This document shows, in pieces, positions 22,111 to 34,842 of a DNA stretch of 60,000 bases. Where the stretch lies: assembly GCA_038087875.1 (NCBI GenBank), contig CM075989.1, positions 10,232,001 through 10,292,000 of the forward strand, written 5' to 3'. The notes under the pieces were generated by a model. That model did no database searches. It had not been told where the DNA came from and saw only the letters and a list, made by a program, of their open reading frames with translations. The position numbers and the translations under genes are program-made. Origin of the DNA: Malacoraja senta (Eukaryota). Every line of letters starts with the position of its first letter. Position 1 is the first letter of the stretch.

Positions 22111-22829
22111 CTGCAATTATGCTACATTGGTGCCATGGTATTTGAAGGTAAACAGGTTCTCCAAGGCCAAATTAGAAATCCGAAGCTGGTCAGGCAGCAT
22201 CTGCAGAATGACAATAAGAGCTGAGATCTCAGGTTGGAAACCCTTCATCAGAACTGGGAAAAAGAGAGAGAAGGGCAGCTGAGAAGTTGGTGGGAGAGAT
22301 GCATAGGACAACGGGAATATCTGTGATAGGGTGAGGTCAGATTGAATGGGGCAGTTAGAGGGTGATTATGCTTCATTGTGTGTTAGGCGTGGCTAGTCCA
22401 GGGCAGAGACTCTTACCCAGGAGGTCAGGCTGTACTAATGGAGAGAGCAAACTGAGCCAACGTCACATATGGATGTCTACAACCTGGTCCGACACAGACA
22501 GTGAAGGTGAGTTGCCTGAACTTGGGGAATTCAATATGGAATTCGAGAGCTGCATCATTCCTGAATGGAAAATGAGGTGTTGTTTCTTAATTTGCACCTC
22601 ATGCAGCAGAATGTTCTGATTTAACTCACGGGTGCATCATCAAAATAAACTGATGCTAATTCACCTCAGATGAGATTGTTTTGTTGGAGAAAAGTACAGA
22701 AGCGGGGAGACAAGACTAAGCCAGGATTTAAAAACAAGGGATGTTGTGAGTTGAGACACTGACTGAAGTAGTTTGAATGAAATCAAGATGGGATTCGATC
22801 AGCTGAAAAAAAATCAGTTCTCTCTTTGA

Positions 22830-23247
22830 AGGTAGACAAACATGCTGGAGAAACTCAGCGGGTGAGGCAGCATCTATGGAGCAAAGGAAATAGGCAACGT
22901 TTTGGGTCGAAACCTTTCTTCAGACTGATGGGAGGGTGAGGGGGGCGGGAGGAAGAAGGGAAGAGGCGGAGCCAGAGGGCTGAGGGAGAGCTGAGAAGGG
23001 GAGGAGAAAGCAAGGACTACCTGAAATTAGAGAAGTCAATGTTCATACCGCTGGGGTGCAAACTGCCCAAGCGAAATATGAGGTGCTGCTCCTCCAATTT
23101 ACGGTGGTGTTCACTCCGGCCATGGAGGAGGCCCAGGACAGAAAGGACGGATTTGGAATTTGACGTTGGTGGTGATGTTTCGGTTACTCCAGCATTCGGT
23201 GACTATCTTCGGTGTAAACCAGCATCTGCAGTTCCTTCCTACACAGC
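22830..23247 (-). mobile_element. Penelope-like fragment with inverted pLTR
   Basis: Minus-strand GIY-YIG C-terminus and hammerhead core (22896-22923), plus-strand tail at ~23184-23245, duplication TCTCTCTTTGA on both sides. Confidence 0.88.
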
Positions 23248-24183
23248 TCTCTCTTTGATTGGCTGTTATTTGATTCCCTCATGACGATGAACGAATGAGG
23301 CAGGAAATAATGTGATTGAACCTCCACAAACACATCCAATCAAAGATGGCAACTTTAGTCGGTGCAGTGAAGGCTCGATGGTGAGACAGGTATGGGAACG
23401 CAATCCAGGTGCATCTCTGTCAACTCACCTTAACAAGCAATAGCGCAAACAAAGGAACACTGCCTCAGATTTCACACTTACTCTCTAAGCAATGTAAATA
23501 GATGTTGCAGCAGCTTAATGACAATAGATATCCATGTCCCTTGTGTCTGTTCGCAGTTTTAAAGCAGCAAGGCCATTGGGGTTTGAGAGCCTGGGGTGAT
23601 GAGTCCGCTCTTTGCAACGTACAGTAGCTGTGCCGATTGTTCCATCACCTTGTGGAATTAGCAATCCCACCTGTTGGCAGGCAGCGAGCCTTAATCTCAG
23701 TGACATATGTTAGCAGCTAGTTCATTGCCTTGACCTGTTAACTGTGTGGGGAATACCAACAGCTGCGTTCTGACACCTCCAAGTTGGCTGGTTCTGTGTT
23801 TGAGTTCTGTTTCCAGCGATTTAAACCCAAATTCCAGGGTGACGTTCCCGAAGGGAATGCTGCACGGCCAGCCGCACTGGGGTGGAAGTTAATCCAGAGT
23901 TACATACGCTCAACAAAAGGACACAAAGTGCTGGAGTAACTCAGCTGGTCAGGCAGCGTATCTGGAGAACGTGGATAGATGACGTCTCAGGTCAAGACGC
24001 CAAACGTCACATATATGTTGAGGACAATTTATTTTTGACAGAGGCCAATTTACCTCGAGACTCGCACGTCTTTGGAATGTGGGAGGAAACCGAGCACTCG
24101 GAGGAAAGCCATGCAGAGGCCATGTTGTCAACACTGTAAAACTATAGTCTGCACTCTGTTTATGTTTGTCTTTGCTCTTCCTG

Positions 24184-24535
24184 TGTACGAGGTGGAGAGG
24201 TACCCAGAACCAACATCTCAAAACGGGGGAAGAGAAACTGATGAGCGCGGCGACAGACAAGCGGGCACGCAGAAAGGAGCGCAGCAACTTCAACAAACCA
24301 GAGACCACACACAAATGTGACCTTTGTGTCTGTCACTCCCGCATTGGTCTCTTCAGCCACAAGCGACGCTGCTCTAGCCATGACGCATGATCAGCCATGA
24401 TCACATTGAATGGCAGTGCTGGCTCGAAGGGCCGAATGGCCTACTCCTGCACCTATTGTCTATTGTCTATAGCCGAGGTATGGTGCAAGCAGCCAACAAC
24501 TAGGATGCATCACCCATGGTCAGTCATGGGGCCTA
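24184..24535 (+). mobile_element. RTE-clade LINE 3' fragment interrupted by a CR1 3' end
   Basis: RWR...KRARRKER...HKCDLC-CHSRIGLFSHKRRC zinc-finger C-terminus; CR1 tail at 24380-24469. Confidence 0.8.
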
Positions 24536-25337
24536 CAGTACAGCTCTACCTGTTGTGCTTGCATGCGATTGATTATACTCTCTCTTGTATGATAATATGG
24601 TGGTATAAATAAGGATACGTGCTGGATTCACAAAGCCTCGCTGCCTAGAATTGGAAGAAGAAATTCTTGCCCTGAAAGTGTTGTTGTGGAACGTCCAGGC
24701 ACAAAGAGCTACATTCTACTCAATAATGCCTATTTACAGTGTGTTTATATCATAAAGTGATTCAAGATCTTCCTGAGAGCATTGTCAGCTGGGATTTGAT
24801 ACCGAGCCAAAATCGGTCCAAACACTGAGTTTTAATGAGGAAAGAGGCAGAGAGGTTTGGGGAGGGAATTTCAGAACAGAGAGCCTGATTGCTGAAGAGA
24901 TGGCTGCTCAAGGCAAGGAAATCAAGGAGACACACGTGGTTCAGAGTTGGAGGTGTACAAAGTTTTCGGGGGGGGGGATGGTCTGAGGGGTAGAAGAGAA
25001 AAGGCTGCTGAGCACTGAAAGCCTCCGCAGCGAACGTTCACACAGTTGATTTCAGAAGAGTCAGTTGCCCTGTGGGACTGAGGCATTAACAGATTAACAC
25101 GGGATTCGAGCAACAAAGGCAGCATTAACAGAGCTAGCCACCAAGATTAGCAGTGAATTCCAGGAATTTGGGGATGAGTAGCTACATAATATTGTGGGAT
25201 TTGATAACAAGAGCTGGACAGATGATACTAGGCAGACATATCCAGATCCCAGGATGGGCAAGAGAAGAAGGATAACTAACCCATTGAGAGAAGCCAGCAT
25301 TAAATGCTAGCAATTTTTTTAAAGCGGAGTGAAGTCT

Positions 25338-25655
25338 TAGTTTAATTTCAGTTTGGAGAAACAGCACGGAAACAGGCCATTCGGCCCAACATGTCTGCCC
25401 CGACCAGCGATCCCTGTACATTAACATTATCATACACACACTAGGAACAATGTACAATTTTACCAAGCCAATAAACCTACAAACTTGTACATCTTTGGAG
25501 TGTGAGAGGAAACTGGAGCTCCCAGAGAAAACCCACGCAGGTCACAGAGAGAACGTATAAACCCCGACAGAACATATAGACAGCACCCGTAGTCTGGATC
25601 AAACCTGGGTCTCTGGCGCTGTAAGGCAGCAACTCTATGGCTGTGCCACTGTGCC
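25338..25655 (-). mobile_element. HE1-type V-SINE
   Basis: Head-core-tail similarity. Confidence 0.88.
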
Positions 25656-25974
25656 GTCAGGAATTAACATTTGGCTAATCTATTGATTAAAATATCTAAT
25701 GTGAGGGAGACACAAGGAACTGCAAAGCACAAAGTGCTTGAATAACACAGTGGGACAGGCAGCATCTGTGGAGAAATGGACAGGTGATGTTTGGGTCAGG
25801 ACCCTTCTTCGGACTGATAGTAGTGGGGGGGGGGGAGAAAGCTGGAAAAGAGATGTGGGGCAGAGCAAAAGTCTGGCAGATGATAAGTAGATGCACGTGA
25901 GGGGGGTTTAAATGGCAGATGGGAAGAGGAAATGACAAAGGCTAGAGGTAAAGTAATGCGAGGGTTTGAGCCTG

Positions 25975-26390
25975 CGCTGGGCTGTACTCGCTGGAGTTCA
26001 GAGGATGAGGGGGAACCTCATTGAAACTTACCGAATAGTGAAAGGACTGGATAGAGTGGATGTGGAGAGGAGGAGAGTCCAGGACCAGACGGCATAGCCT
26101 CAGAATAAAAGGACGCACCTTAATAAAAGAAGATGAGGAGGAATTTCTTTTGGTAGAGGGTGGTGAATCTGTGGAATTAATTGCCACAGATGGCTGTGGA
26201 GGCCAAGTCATTAGACATTTTTAAGGTGGTGAATGACAGGTTCTTGATTATTAAAGGGTGCAGGGGTTATGCGGAGAAGGCAGGAGAATGGGGTTGATAG
26301 AGAAAGATAGATTTGCCATGATTGAATGGTGTAGTAGATTTGATGGGCCGAGTGGCCTACTTCTGCCCCTATGAGTAATGAATTTATGAG
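25975..26390 (+). mobile_element. CR1-type LINE 3' fragment
   Basis: LGLYSLEFR.MRG.LIE remnant and 3' UTR. Confidence 0.85.
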
Positions 26391-26867
26391 CATGAGTCTT
26401 AGGGCAATGTTGGATCATCCTTCCTCCTTGCATGCGGCAGCTAAAATCATCCCCTGGAGAAGGGTGACGTCAGCCAAGGCAATCCCTTGAACCAACGGCC
26501 AATTCTATGGAGTTGCTCAGTCCATAAATAAATCCTTTATGGACATCCAAATGAGATGAATCTTTCCGGATGTGGCCCTCACTGGCAAGAACAGCATGTA
26601 TTGGCCTCGAACAGAGGGTGGAAAGACGCCATCGGTTACGGGGCAACTGAATGATCAGATGCGGATGGTAAAAACTAAACTCCGAGCGTCGTTAATCATG
26701 AGATTTAACCAGCGCACCGCCATCACCATTGTAAATCCCATACCCTCCTTGTGATCCCTTCCCACCTGACATTGGCTTTCCTCACCTCAGCATCCTAGTG
26801 ACCACAGAGCAAAGGCCCAGAGCAATGCCCCCCACCGGTCACTCCAACATGGTAGAGCTGGTAGAGC

Positions 26868-27232
26868 TGCTCCTCACATGGCCAGAGACTCCATTTCGAT
26901 CTTGACCCCGGGGGGCTGTTTGGGTGGAGTTTGCACGTTCTCCCTGTGACTGCATGGGTTTCCTCCAACATCCCAAAGAAGTGTAAAGTGTAAGAATCGG
27001 AGTCTGAAGAAGGGTCTCGACCCAAAGCCTCACCTACTCCTTTTCTTCAGAGATGCTGCCTGACCTGCTGAGTTACTACAGCATTTCATGTCCATCACAA
27101 AGAAGTGATGGTTTGTAGGTTCACCGTCCTCCGTAGGCTGCCTCTAGTGTCTAGGGAGTGGATGAGAAAGATGGATAACATAGATCTAGTGTGAATGGGT
27201 GATCAATGGTCAACGTGGACTTGGTGGGCCGG
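26868..27232 (+). mobile_element. HE1-type V-SINE interrupted by a Penelope-like pLTR insert
   Basis: Insert 26984-27097 flanked by the duplication CAAAGAAGTG. Confidence 0.8.
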
Positions 27233-27453
27233 GGGGCTATGAGAAATGTGTGGAGAGATGAGGTTTGCATTTCTATAGCACCTTGCATATCCTGTTCTGG
27301 GTGTCCCAAAACAGTTCACAGTGACGGAAGAATATTCTTGGTACAGGCACTGTTGCCTTGTAAGAGAAGAAGAAGCCTGTTTGTGCATAGCAAGCTTCCA
27401 CAGTCATTGATCTTGACCAGAGGATCTATATCAGTGGTGTTCATTGAAGGGTA

Positions 27454-27909
27454 AAGGGCCTGTCCCACGGGCATGCGACTCCATGCGGCAAGCGCAACCT
27501 AACCGCAAGCGGGTGCCGCGCGGAGGTCGAGTGATCCCCGTACAGGGCCGGTCCCACCAGCATGCGGCTGCATGCGGCAAGCGCTACCAAACTGGAAGCG
27601 GGGGCCGCGCGGAGGTCGGGTGTCGTCAAGACGGTGTGTACGGCGGCGGGCGGTGCGCAAGGCCTCGATGCGGCTGCGTCCGGCGTTGATGCGGCTACGG
27701 GGCGGCAGGCCGTTGCTGCACGGAATTTTTGAACAGTGTCAGTTTTTCGGAGCCCCGCGCGATGTCGGGACCAGCTCCGCACAACTCCATGCGGCTCCCG
27801 CGATCGAAGTGGGACCGGCCCCGCGACCTCCGCGCGGCGCCCGCACTGCCCCCGCTTGCGGTTATGTCGCGCTTGCCGCATGGAGCGCATGCCCGTGGGA
27901 TAGGCCCTT
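27454..27909. mobile_element. MITE, AAGGGCCTGTCCCAC TIR family (CpG-rich member)
   Basis: TIRs aagggcctgtcccacgggcatgcg / cgcatgcccgtgggataggccctt; TA flanks. Confidence 0.88.
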
Positions 27910-28948
27910 TAGTTTTGGTGCAGACACTGGGGATAATCTTCTGCTCTTCTTGAAAATAGCATTGCGAGATCTTTTATAATCACCTTAACATAATGTCAGA
28001 AAGAGATACAGCACAGGAAAGGCTCTTCCCCCATTGAATCCATTCCAACCACCAAACACTCATTTATATTAATCCATCACTAATCGCATATTGAGGAGGA
28101 ATTTCTTTAGCCTGAAGGTGGTGAATTTGTGGAACTTATTCCCTCAGCCAGCGGTGGAGGCAAAGTCAAGGGTCTCGACCCGAAACATCACCCATTCCTG
28201 TCCCGCAGAGTTACTCCAGCATTTTGTGTCTATCTTCTAATGATTTTTAGGTTTGTTTATTATTGTCCCATGTACCGAGGTACAGTGAAAAGCATTTTTT
28301 GTTGCGTGCTATCCAGTCAGTGTAAAGACTATATCCACATTCCCATCTAATCACCCCAGATTCTACTATTGAGCTACGCAACAAGGACAATTTGCAGTGG
28401 CTATTTAACCAACCGGACGGCACATTTTTAGGGGGATGAAGCAAACCGGAAAATCCAGGGGAATCCTATGGAGAGACAGGAAGAAAATGCAAACTCCACA
28501 CAGACAGCATCAGTGGCAAGGATCGAACCTGCATCACTGGAGCTGTGAGGCAATGGATCTATCCGCTGTGCCAGAGCCGATGGCCCATTGAACACGGCGC
28601 CTCTGACTGCACTAACGTTGATGTGGATTTCTGTGCTAAGAGCCCCAGTGTGTGCGAGGGGAAAGGATATTTGTGAAGTAAACCGCCCTCCTCCACCATT
28701 GGGGTGACAAGGGGGAGGGCAATGGGGTATTGATGGAGTTCTCACCAAGGCAGTGGCATCCCAACCTCTCAGTGGGTTCTCCCTCCCCAGGGTAGCAGGT
28801 GGATCTGTGTTACTCAGGCCAGCTCACACGTTTAATCTCAAGGCCTTGCCAATCCAAGTGGCTGCCAGCTGGATTTGAAACCCTTCTTCCTTTGATCTTG
28901 TGCTGGGGGGGTGTGAAGAAATCTCTATACTGAACCGGGAGATGAGTA

Positions 28949-29157
28949 AAGGGCCTGTCCCACTTACGCGACCTTTACAGGTAACTGCCGGGCACCTGTG
29001 AGAGGTCGTGAGAGGTCTCCTGTGGTGGTGAGAGGTCTCCAAAGAGCAGTAGCGTCTTTCTGGTTGCCGTTGAATTTTCAACATCTTGAAATTTTTGGCG
29101 ACCTACCAAGGGTGCCGGCAGTCACCTGTAAAGGTCGCGTAAGTGGGACAGGCCCTT
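28949..29157. mobile_element. MITE, AAGGGCCTGTCCCAC TIR family
   Basis: Perfect 34-bp TIRs extending to ~44 bp with one mismatch; TA flanks. Confidence 0.9.
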
Positions 29158-30345
29158 TAACTTTAAACGACAATACAATGTGGCCCTGCTCTCTCCTGAA
29201 CCAAACTGAATTGTGCCACATCTCCCTGCGTAACACACACCTGGAGTGAAAGGACTCATTGTCCAGTCCACTCCCTTTTCCTTACGCTTCTCAAATGACT
29301 GTACGTGTCTTCTGGTGAACAGGGCTGAGAGTCGACAGTTTTCCCTGAAGTGCTCCTGCTGCAGATGATCATGTTGTCTACTTATTTTCAAGTGATCACC
29401 TATTGAAGGTATTTGTCCAAAGAAACCTGTTCAACTTGCACACTGATCACTTGGCCAGGCTGATTCAGCTGATCTCAGGCTTAGTGGCAGTGGTGAGGGG
29501 TGACTTTGAGGAGGGAGGGGTTGCCAAGGTCTTTACAATTGGCCTCTTCAACCTTTGAGAAAGATGGGTTAAAAACACCAGGCTCCCCGTGACTGGCTCT
29601 TTATCATCCACCATAGAGTCTTCATTATCGGGTGAGTACGATGACTGAACCCTGTTGAAACTTCAAATGCTGGGCATGATGGGCTGAAGGGACTCCTTCC
29701 AAGGTGTAAATAACTATGAATCCTCTTGAGAAGCAGTCCATGCAGTGTGATGTTGGGTTCAAAAACTTGGGGAGTTCCCTTACTCTTGGGCTGTATTGAT
29801 CAATAGGTGATTGTTGTCTTTGAAAGTTCACCGGTTCGCTGGGTTGGGGCAGCCGGGAGCAAAGGTTCAGAGTTAGGATCAGGACCAGCAGCAGTAAAGG
29901 GTGACCAAGGTTCAGTATCCTCAGCTCTGGATGGCCGTGGTTTGTGGGAGTCAGTTAGAGGGTTGAAGACTGAGGTGGATGCGTCAGGGCCATAGGGGTG
30001 AAGATGGCTATGTAGAGCAGGGAAGCAGGTCAGCCACTTTAATGCAGGGCAGGCTCTGGGATATCACCCGCTCCCAACCTGGCAATGACTTAGAGCTGAG
30101 GGAAGCGTGCAGAAGGAACTCTGCAAGGTCATCCTCAACTTCAGCCGGGGGAAGCCAAATGATTTACAGACTGAAAGATTTTAAGAACAAAGGAAGGCCA
30201 TTCAGCCCCTCGAGCCTATCTCATCACTCAGATTGTGATATAATCCTACACGATGATCTGATCAACTACGCAGAGAAATATATGTTCGAAGACCTTTGTT
30301 CTAAGGACTATCCTGTGACTTGTGTACATTAGAATATATATGGAG

Positions 30346-30801
30346 ACTCTGCCTAATAGATAAATATGACCAATTCTTAAGGAGTTGGTCCCCTTTCATC
30401 GACTTTTTGGAATCATATGATGCAGCAGTACCGTAAAGATTACTGATTTCAGGTCAGGTCGTGGATAGATTTACATCTCCAAACAAAGATTTGAAAATTT
30501 CTTTTTTAAGGGTCTTTTTCTACTATTTCTACTTTCTATTTTTTCTTTTCTTATATACACACTTCACGTTTTTCTATTTTCTACTATTTATTTTTCCTCT
30601 TTCTTTTCTCTATTTTTTTCTTTCTTTTAAAAAAAAAAAATTTTTTTACCTCCTTTTCAAAAACATAAAACTAGAGGTTGTACATAGAATGCATTACATT
30701 ATGACATAGTTGGCACCTAAAATTAGGTGCCACTGTATTGTTTTGTATTGTATTAACTTCTAATAAAATAAACAAAACAAAAAAACAAAACAAAAAAAAA
30801 A
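30346..30801 (+). mobile_element. 5'-truncated L1/Tx1-type LINE with poly(A) tail and 15-bp TSD
   Basis: ORF2 end DKYDQFLRSWSPFIDFL..*, T-rich 3' UTR, AATAAA, A-rich tail; TSD AGAATATATATGGAG at 30331-30345 and 30802-30816. Confidence 0.9.
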
Positions 30802-32829
30802 AGAATATATATGGAGTGGGTATTGCTCAAGTTTTATAACAAATACTCCAACAGGTACTTTTCAGGCAGCAACAGCTTATTATTTATAAGTTTGATTACT
30901 CACTCGACAGAATATTCCCCTGGACTCGGTGAACTCTATACCCGAGGGCCAGCACTTCAAGATTGTCAAAAGCACTGGAAATGGTGCAATGAGATTCTTA
31001 CTTGCCGCAGCTTTAGAAGCATATTAATGCCACAACACAACAAATTAATTGAATTGAATTGAATTGAATACATTTTATTAGCCAAGTATGTATACATACA
31101 AGGAATTTGCCTTGGTGCTTTGTTCCCAAGTAACAACACAATATACAGTAGACAATTAAGAATAAAACATTATAATTTTAAAACATGAAGAATGAAATAA
31201 ATATTCCACAATGGAATTCTTACTCGCCGCAGCTTTAGAGGCTCATTAATGCAACAACATAACGAATAAATATACAATAATCATTAATACAATAAATTAT
31301 CAGTAATACTTTATATTATTGTATATTACTTTGTAATACTGAGAGTGCTCTCGTCTCTAACCCATGGGTGCTGAAGTCACTGTGTCTTCCCCTCCTGTGA
31401 ACAGCCTGCTCAGCACAGAATGTGGGTCGACAGGGTTTAACTCAAGACTGGGCGAACCTGCTGACACATCAGAAGGATGCCTGTAGGCAGTGTGTGGCAC
31501 CACACTGACCTAACACAGGCTGTGTTTTCATTCTTTCCCTCCCTCCCTCTTTCTGTCCCCACTCCTGTCCTTGTTTTCTGTGTCAATGCAGCAGACCGCT
31601 TGTCGCCAGGCACTGACAGCTTGCGGCCAGACAGCAGGAGTGTAGGCAGAGCCCCTGCCATAGCGAGACTCTGGGGCGGATGACAAATGCCCATGGGCTG
31701 GCCTGGAGTTGGCAACCGCTGACAGGCCAGAGTCTGTGTGACAATTCCCCCTCGCTTCTTTCCCGCACTTCTTTGTTTTGTTTCTTCAGCAGATGAGCCT
31801 GGAGCAACTGAATAAGCCATAGCACTGCCCAGATCAACATGTTTGCCATCAATGCTCTTTGAGATAAAACAGACTGACATAAAAAGACAACCAAGGACTT
31901 GTTCCTTTGTGCGATCCCCCTTGATGCAAATTGCTGGATCTTATACAACATCAGACGCCCACAACTAAGCAAGGCCATACCTGGCCTTTTGCCAAATGGC
32001 AGGGTCACTGTTTAAAGCAGAATATTAATCCACAGGGCAAACACAATGAAAGGCTATAGCCCAGTTAACGCAAGACATTTGCTGTTTAAAGATGTTGCAT
32101 TTGTACAGCGCCTACCGTCCCTTTAAAAATCAGTACGAAGGAACTGGTTTACACCGAAGACAGACACAAAATGCTGGAGTAACTCAGTGGGGCAAGCAGC
32201 ATCTCTGGAGAGAAGGAATGAGTGACGTTTTGGGTCGAGATCCTTGTTCAGGCCCTGACCTCAGTCTGAACATCACCCATTCCTTCTCTCCAGAGATGCT
32301 GCCTGTCCCGCCTATAAATATCGTCACAGGTTCAGAGAGAGTAAACGGGGGTGGGGGGGGGGGGGGGGGGGGGGGAACCATTTCAATTGCTGGATGATTC
32401 AAGAGACGGGGCCCCAGAGTTAAAGTGACTGGTTAAAGATACAACGGGGTATGTGAGGCAAAGTTTCCCTTACCCCTCGTGCAGCCTGTAAGAATGTGAA
32501 AACAGAGGCAATCGAGGCTTGGAAAGGGGAATTAAATAAATTGAGAAGAAAAATAACTTGCATAGGGCCGTAGGGAAAGACTTGGGGAACGGTTCTTATT
32601 ATAATCCATGTACTCGATAGGCAGAATGGCCTCCTTCTCTGCCGTAATGATTCAATGATTCTAAACTTCTCTGTTTCATCTTAACGATACTCCACAAGTC
32701 CTGTCTCCAGTCTGAATTGTGCGATCGAATCTGTGAGACAGCATAAGGGGCCCAGTTTCATATCTCAGACCTGCTTCAGCCTGTGTGGGAGCTTCAAAGA
32801 CTTTGGCTCTGCCCGCAGTTTCTGAATTT

Positions 32830-33545
32830 AACAAGAAAACCACCCCGCGCATCTTTAAACATTCTCCCTTTCACCTAAAAATTATTCCCTCTAGTTTTTG
32901 ACATTTATAAGTTCATAAGTTATTGGAGCAGAGTTTGGCCATTTGGCCCATCGGGTCTACTCTGCCATTCAATCATGGCTATCTATCTTTCCCTCTCAAA
33001 CCCATTCTACTGCCTTCTCCCCAAAACCCCTGACACCCTGGGAAAAAGATTTGGACTGTCTACCCTATCTATGCCTCTCGTAATTGTATATACTGCTATC
33101 AGGTGTTCTATCTATCAGTCACTAGAGAAAAGAATCCTAGTTTGTCTAACCTATCCTTATAGCTAATACCTTCTAATTTAGGCTGCATCCATGTAATTCT
33201 TTACTGCACCCTCTGCAAAGCCTGAACATCCGTCCTGTAATGGGGCAACCCGCCCGAGCTACAGACAAATCCCAAAATGCAGTCTACAAAGTTCTATAAA
33301 GCTGCAATTTGACTTCCTGACTCTCATACCGATGAGAACAAGCATACCCACTCTGTTTACTAGTGTTGTCACTTTCGGAGATCTATGGACCTGGACACCA
33401 AGAATTCTCTGTACATCGATGCTGGTAAGGGTTCTGTCATTAGCTGTATATTTTCCACTTGGCTTCAACATCGGCAAGTGCAGCTCAGATTAAACTCTAT
33501 TGCCATTTCTCTGCCCATACCTGTAACTGATCTGTCACCTGCTGC
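32830..33545 (-). mobile_element. CR1-type LINE fragments (nested)
   Basis: Similar to 5203-5925 (IDVQR.LGVQVH); a second CR1 tail is inserted at ~32905-33035. Confidence 0.8.
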
Positions 33546-33778
33546 ATTGTTTGACAGTAGAATATAACCCAACAGCATAACTTCTAAAATAATTATGGAT
33601 CACAATAGGTCTAAAAGTTGATATTCTAATTTGGGGGCAAGGCCAATTGTTATGGTATTAGAAGGAATTTTCTAAAGTGGGCTGGAGAATACTGTTTGCA
33701 AGTAAAGGATCTGGCAAATGGGAGGCTTTTAAAAGTGAGACCAGGAGTGTTGAATTGAAGGGCAAGGCTGACCGATCT

Positions 33779-34351
33779 TAGTTTAGCTTAGAGAAAGAGC
33801 AGGGAAGCAGGCCCTTCGGCCCACAGAATCTGTGCCGACCTGTGAGCCCCGCACACTAACACTATGCTATACACACTAGGGACAATTTACAATTATACCA
33901 AGCCAATTAGCCTACAAACCTGTACGTCTTTGGGGTGTGGCTTTTGGTGTCTTCCAAGATGGCGCCCAACCCAGCAACTATTTGCGTGCGAGCCACAGAA
34001 GCAGTTCTACAATCAAATATTACAATCGCTCCACACTCATAAATCTCTACTGCTATAGCAACATTTAAACGTTATTGCCTTATCATGTATCTATACACTG
34101 TAAGTGCCTCTATAGTAATCATGTATTGTCTGACTGGTTAACACGCAATAAAAGCTTCTCTCTGTACCTCAGCACACGTGACAATAAACTAAACTGAAAC
34201 TGAAACTGAGAGTGTGTGGAAACCAGAGCTCCTGGAGAAAACCCATGCAGGTCACGTACAAACTCCATACAGACAGCACCCGTAGTCAGGATCGAACCCG
34301 GGTCTCTGGTGTTGTAAGGCAGTAAATCTACTGCTGTGCCAACGTGCTGCC
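33779..34351 (-). mobile_element. HE1-type V-SINE split by an insertion
   Basis: The SINE sequence resumes at ~34210 after a 270-bp insert. Confidence 0.85.
33940..34209 (+). mobile_element. Short LINE-derived element (Rex1/Babar- or L2-like tail) with a CAAGATGGCG 5' motif
   Basis: 5' caagatggcgcc; 3' ctgtacctcagcacacgtgacaataaac plus (tgaaac)n tail; short g.gtgtg duplication. Confidence 0.6.
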
Positions 34352-34379
34352 CTGGGGCAGCCCATCTCTGGAAGATATT

Positions 34380-34842
34380 GATGCTCTAGTCAAGAAAAAG
34401 GAGGCATATTTTGGGGATAAGCAGCTGGAACCAAATGACTCCCTTGAGGTGTATAGGGAATATAGGAGTCTACTTCAGATGGAAATCAAGAGGGCAAACA
34501 TGGGGCATGAGATAGCTTTGGCAGATAAGTAAAGGAAAATCCAATGAGATCCGAGAAAAATAGTAAGGGCTAAAGAGTAACTAGGGAGAAAATAGGGCCT
34601 ATGTGGAGGAGCCTGTGGAATTCTCTGCCTCAGAGGGCGGTGGAGGCCGGTTCTCTGGATACTTTCAAGAGAGAGCTAGATAGGGCTCTTAAAGATAGCG
34701 GAGCCAGGGGATATGGGGAGAAGGCAGGAACGGGGTACTGATTGGGGATGATCAGCCATGATCACATTGAATGGCGGTGCTGGCTCGAAGGGCCGAATGG
34801 CCTATACACCTGCACCTATTGTCTATTGTTTATTATCTATTG
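34380..34842 (+). mobile_element. CR1-type LINE fragments
   Basis: Internal ORF2 remnant (KKKEAY...EIKRA..GHEIALA) with a young CR1 3' end at ~34612-34842 carrying a (tattgtc)n tail. Confidence 0.8.

Noticed and set aside
27441..27979. GC-rich ORFs of 74-149 aa on both strands
   Set aside because: They lie within or largely overlap a MITE; stop codons are scarce because of the GC content.
29287..29360. Minus-strand mini-exon candidate with gtaagg donor
   Set aside because: Poor acceptor and two open frames; not supportable.
31437..32008. Overlapping 141-147 aa ORFs
   Set aside because: No recognisable protein features; better explained as non-coding regulatory sequence.
32347..32375. Poly-G run as a functional G-quadruplex
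   Set aside because: Simple homopolymer with no supporting context; length is error-prone.
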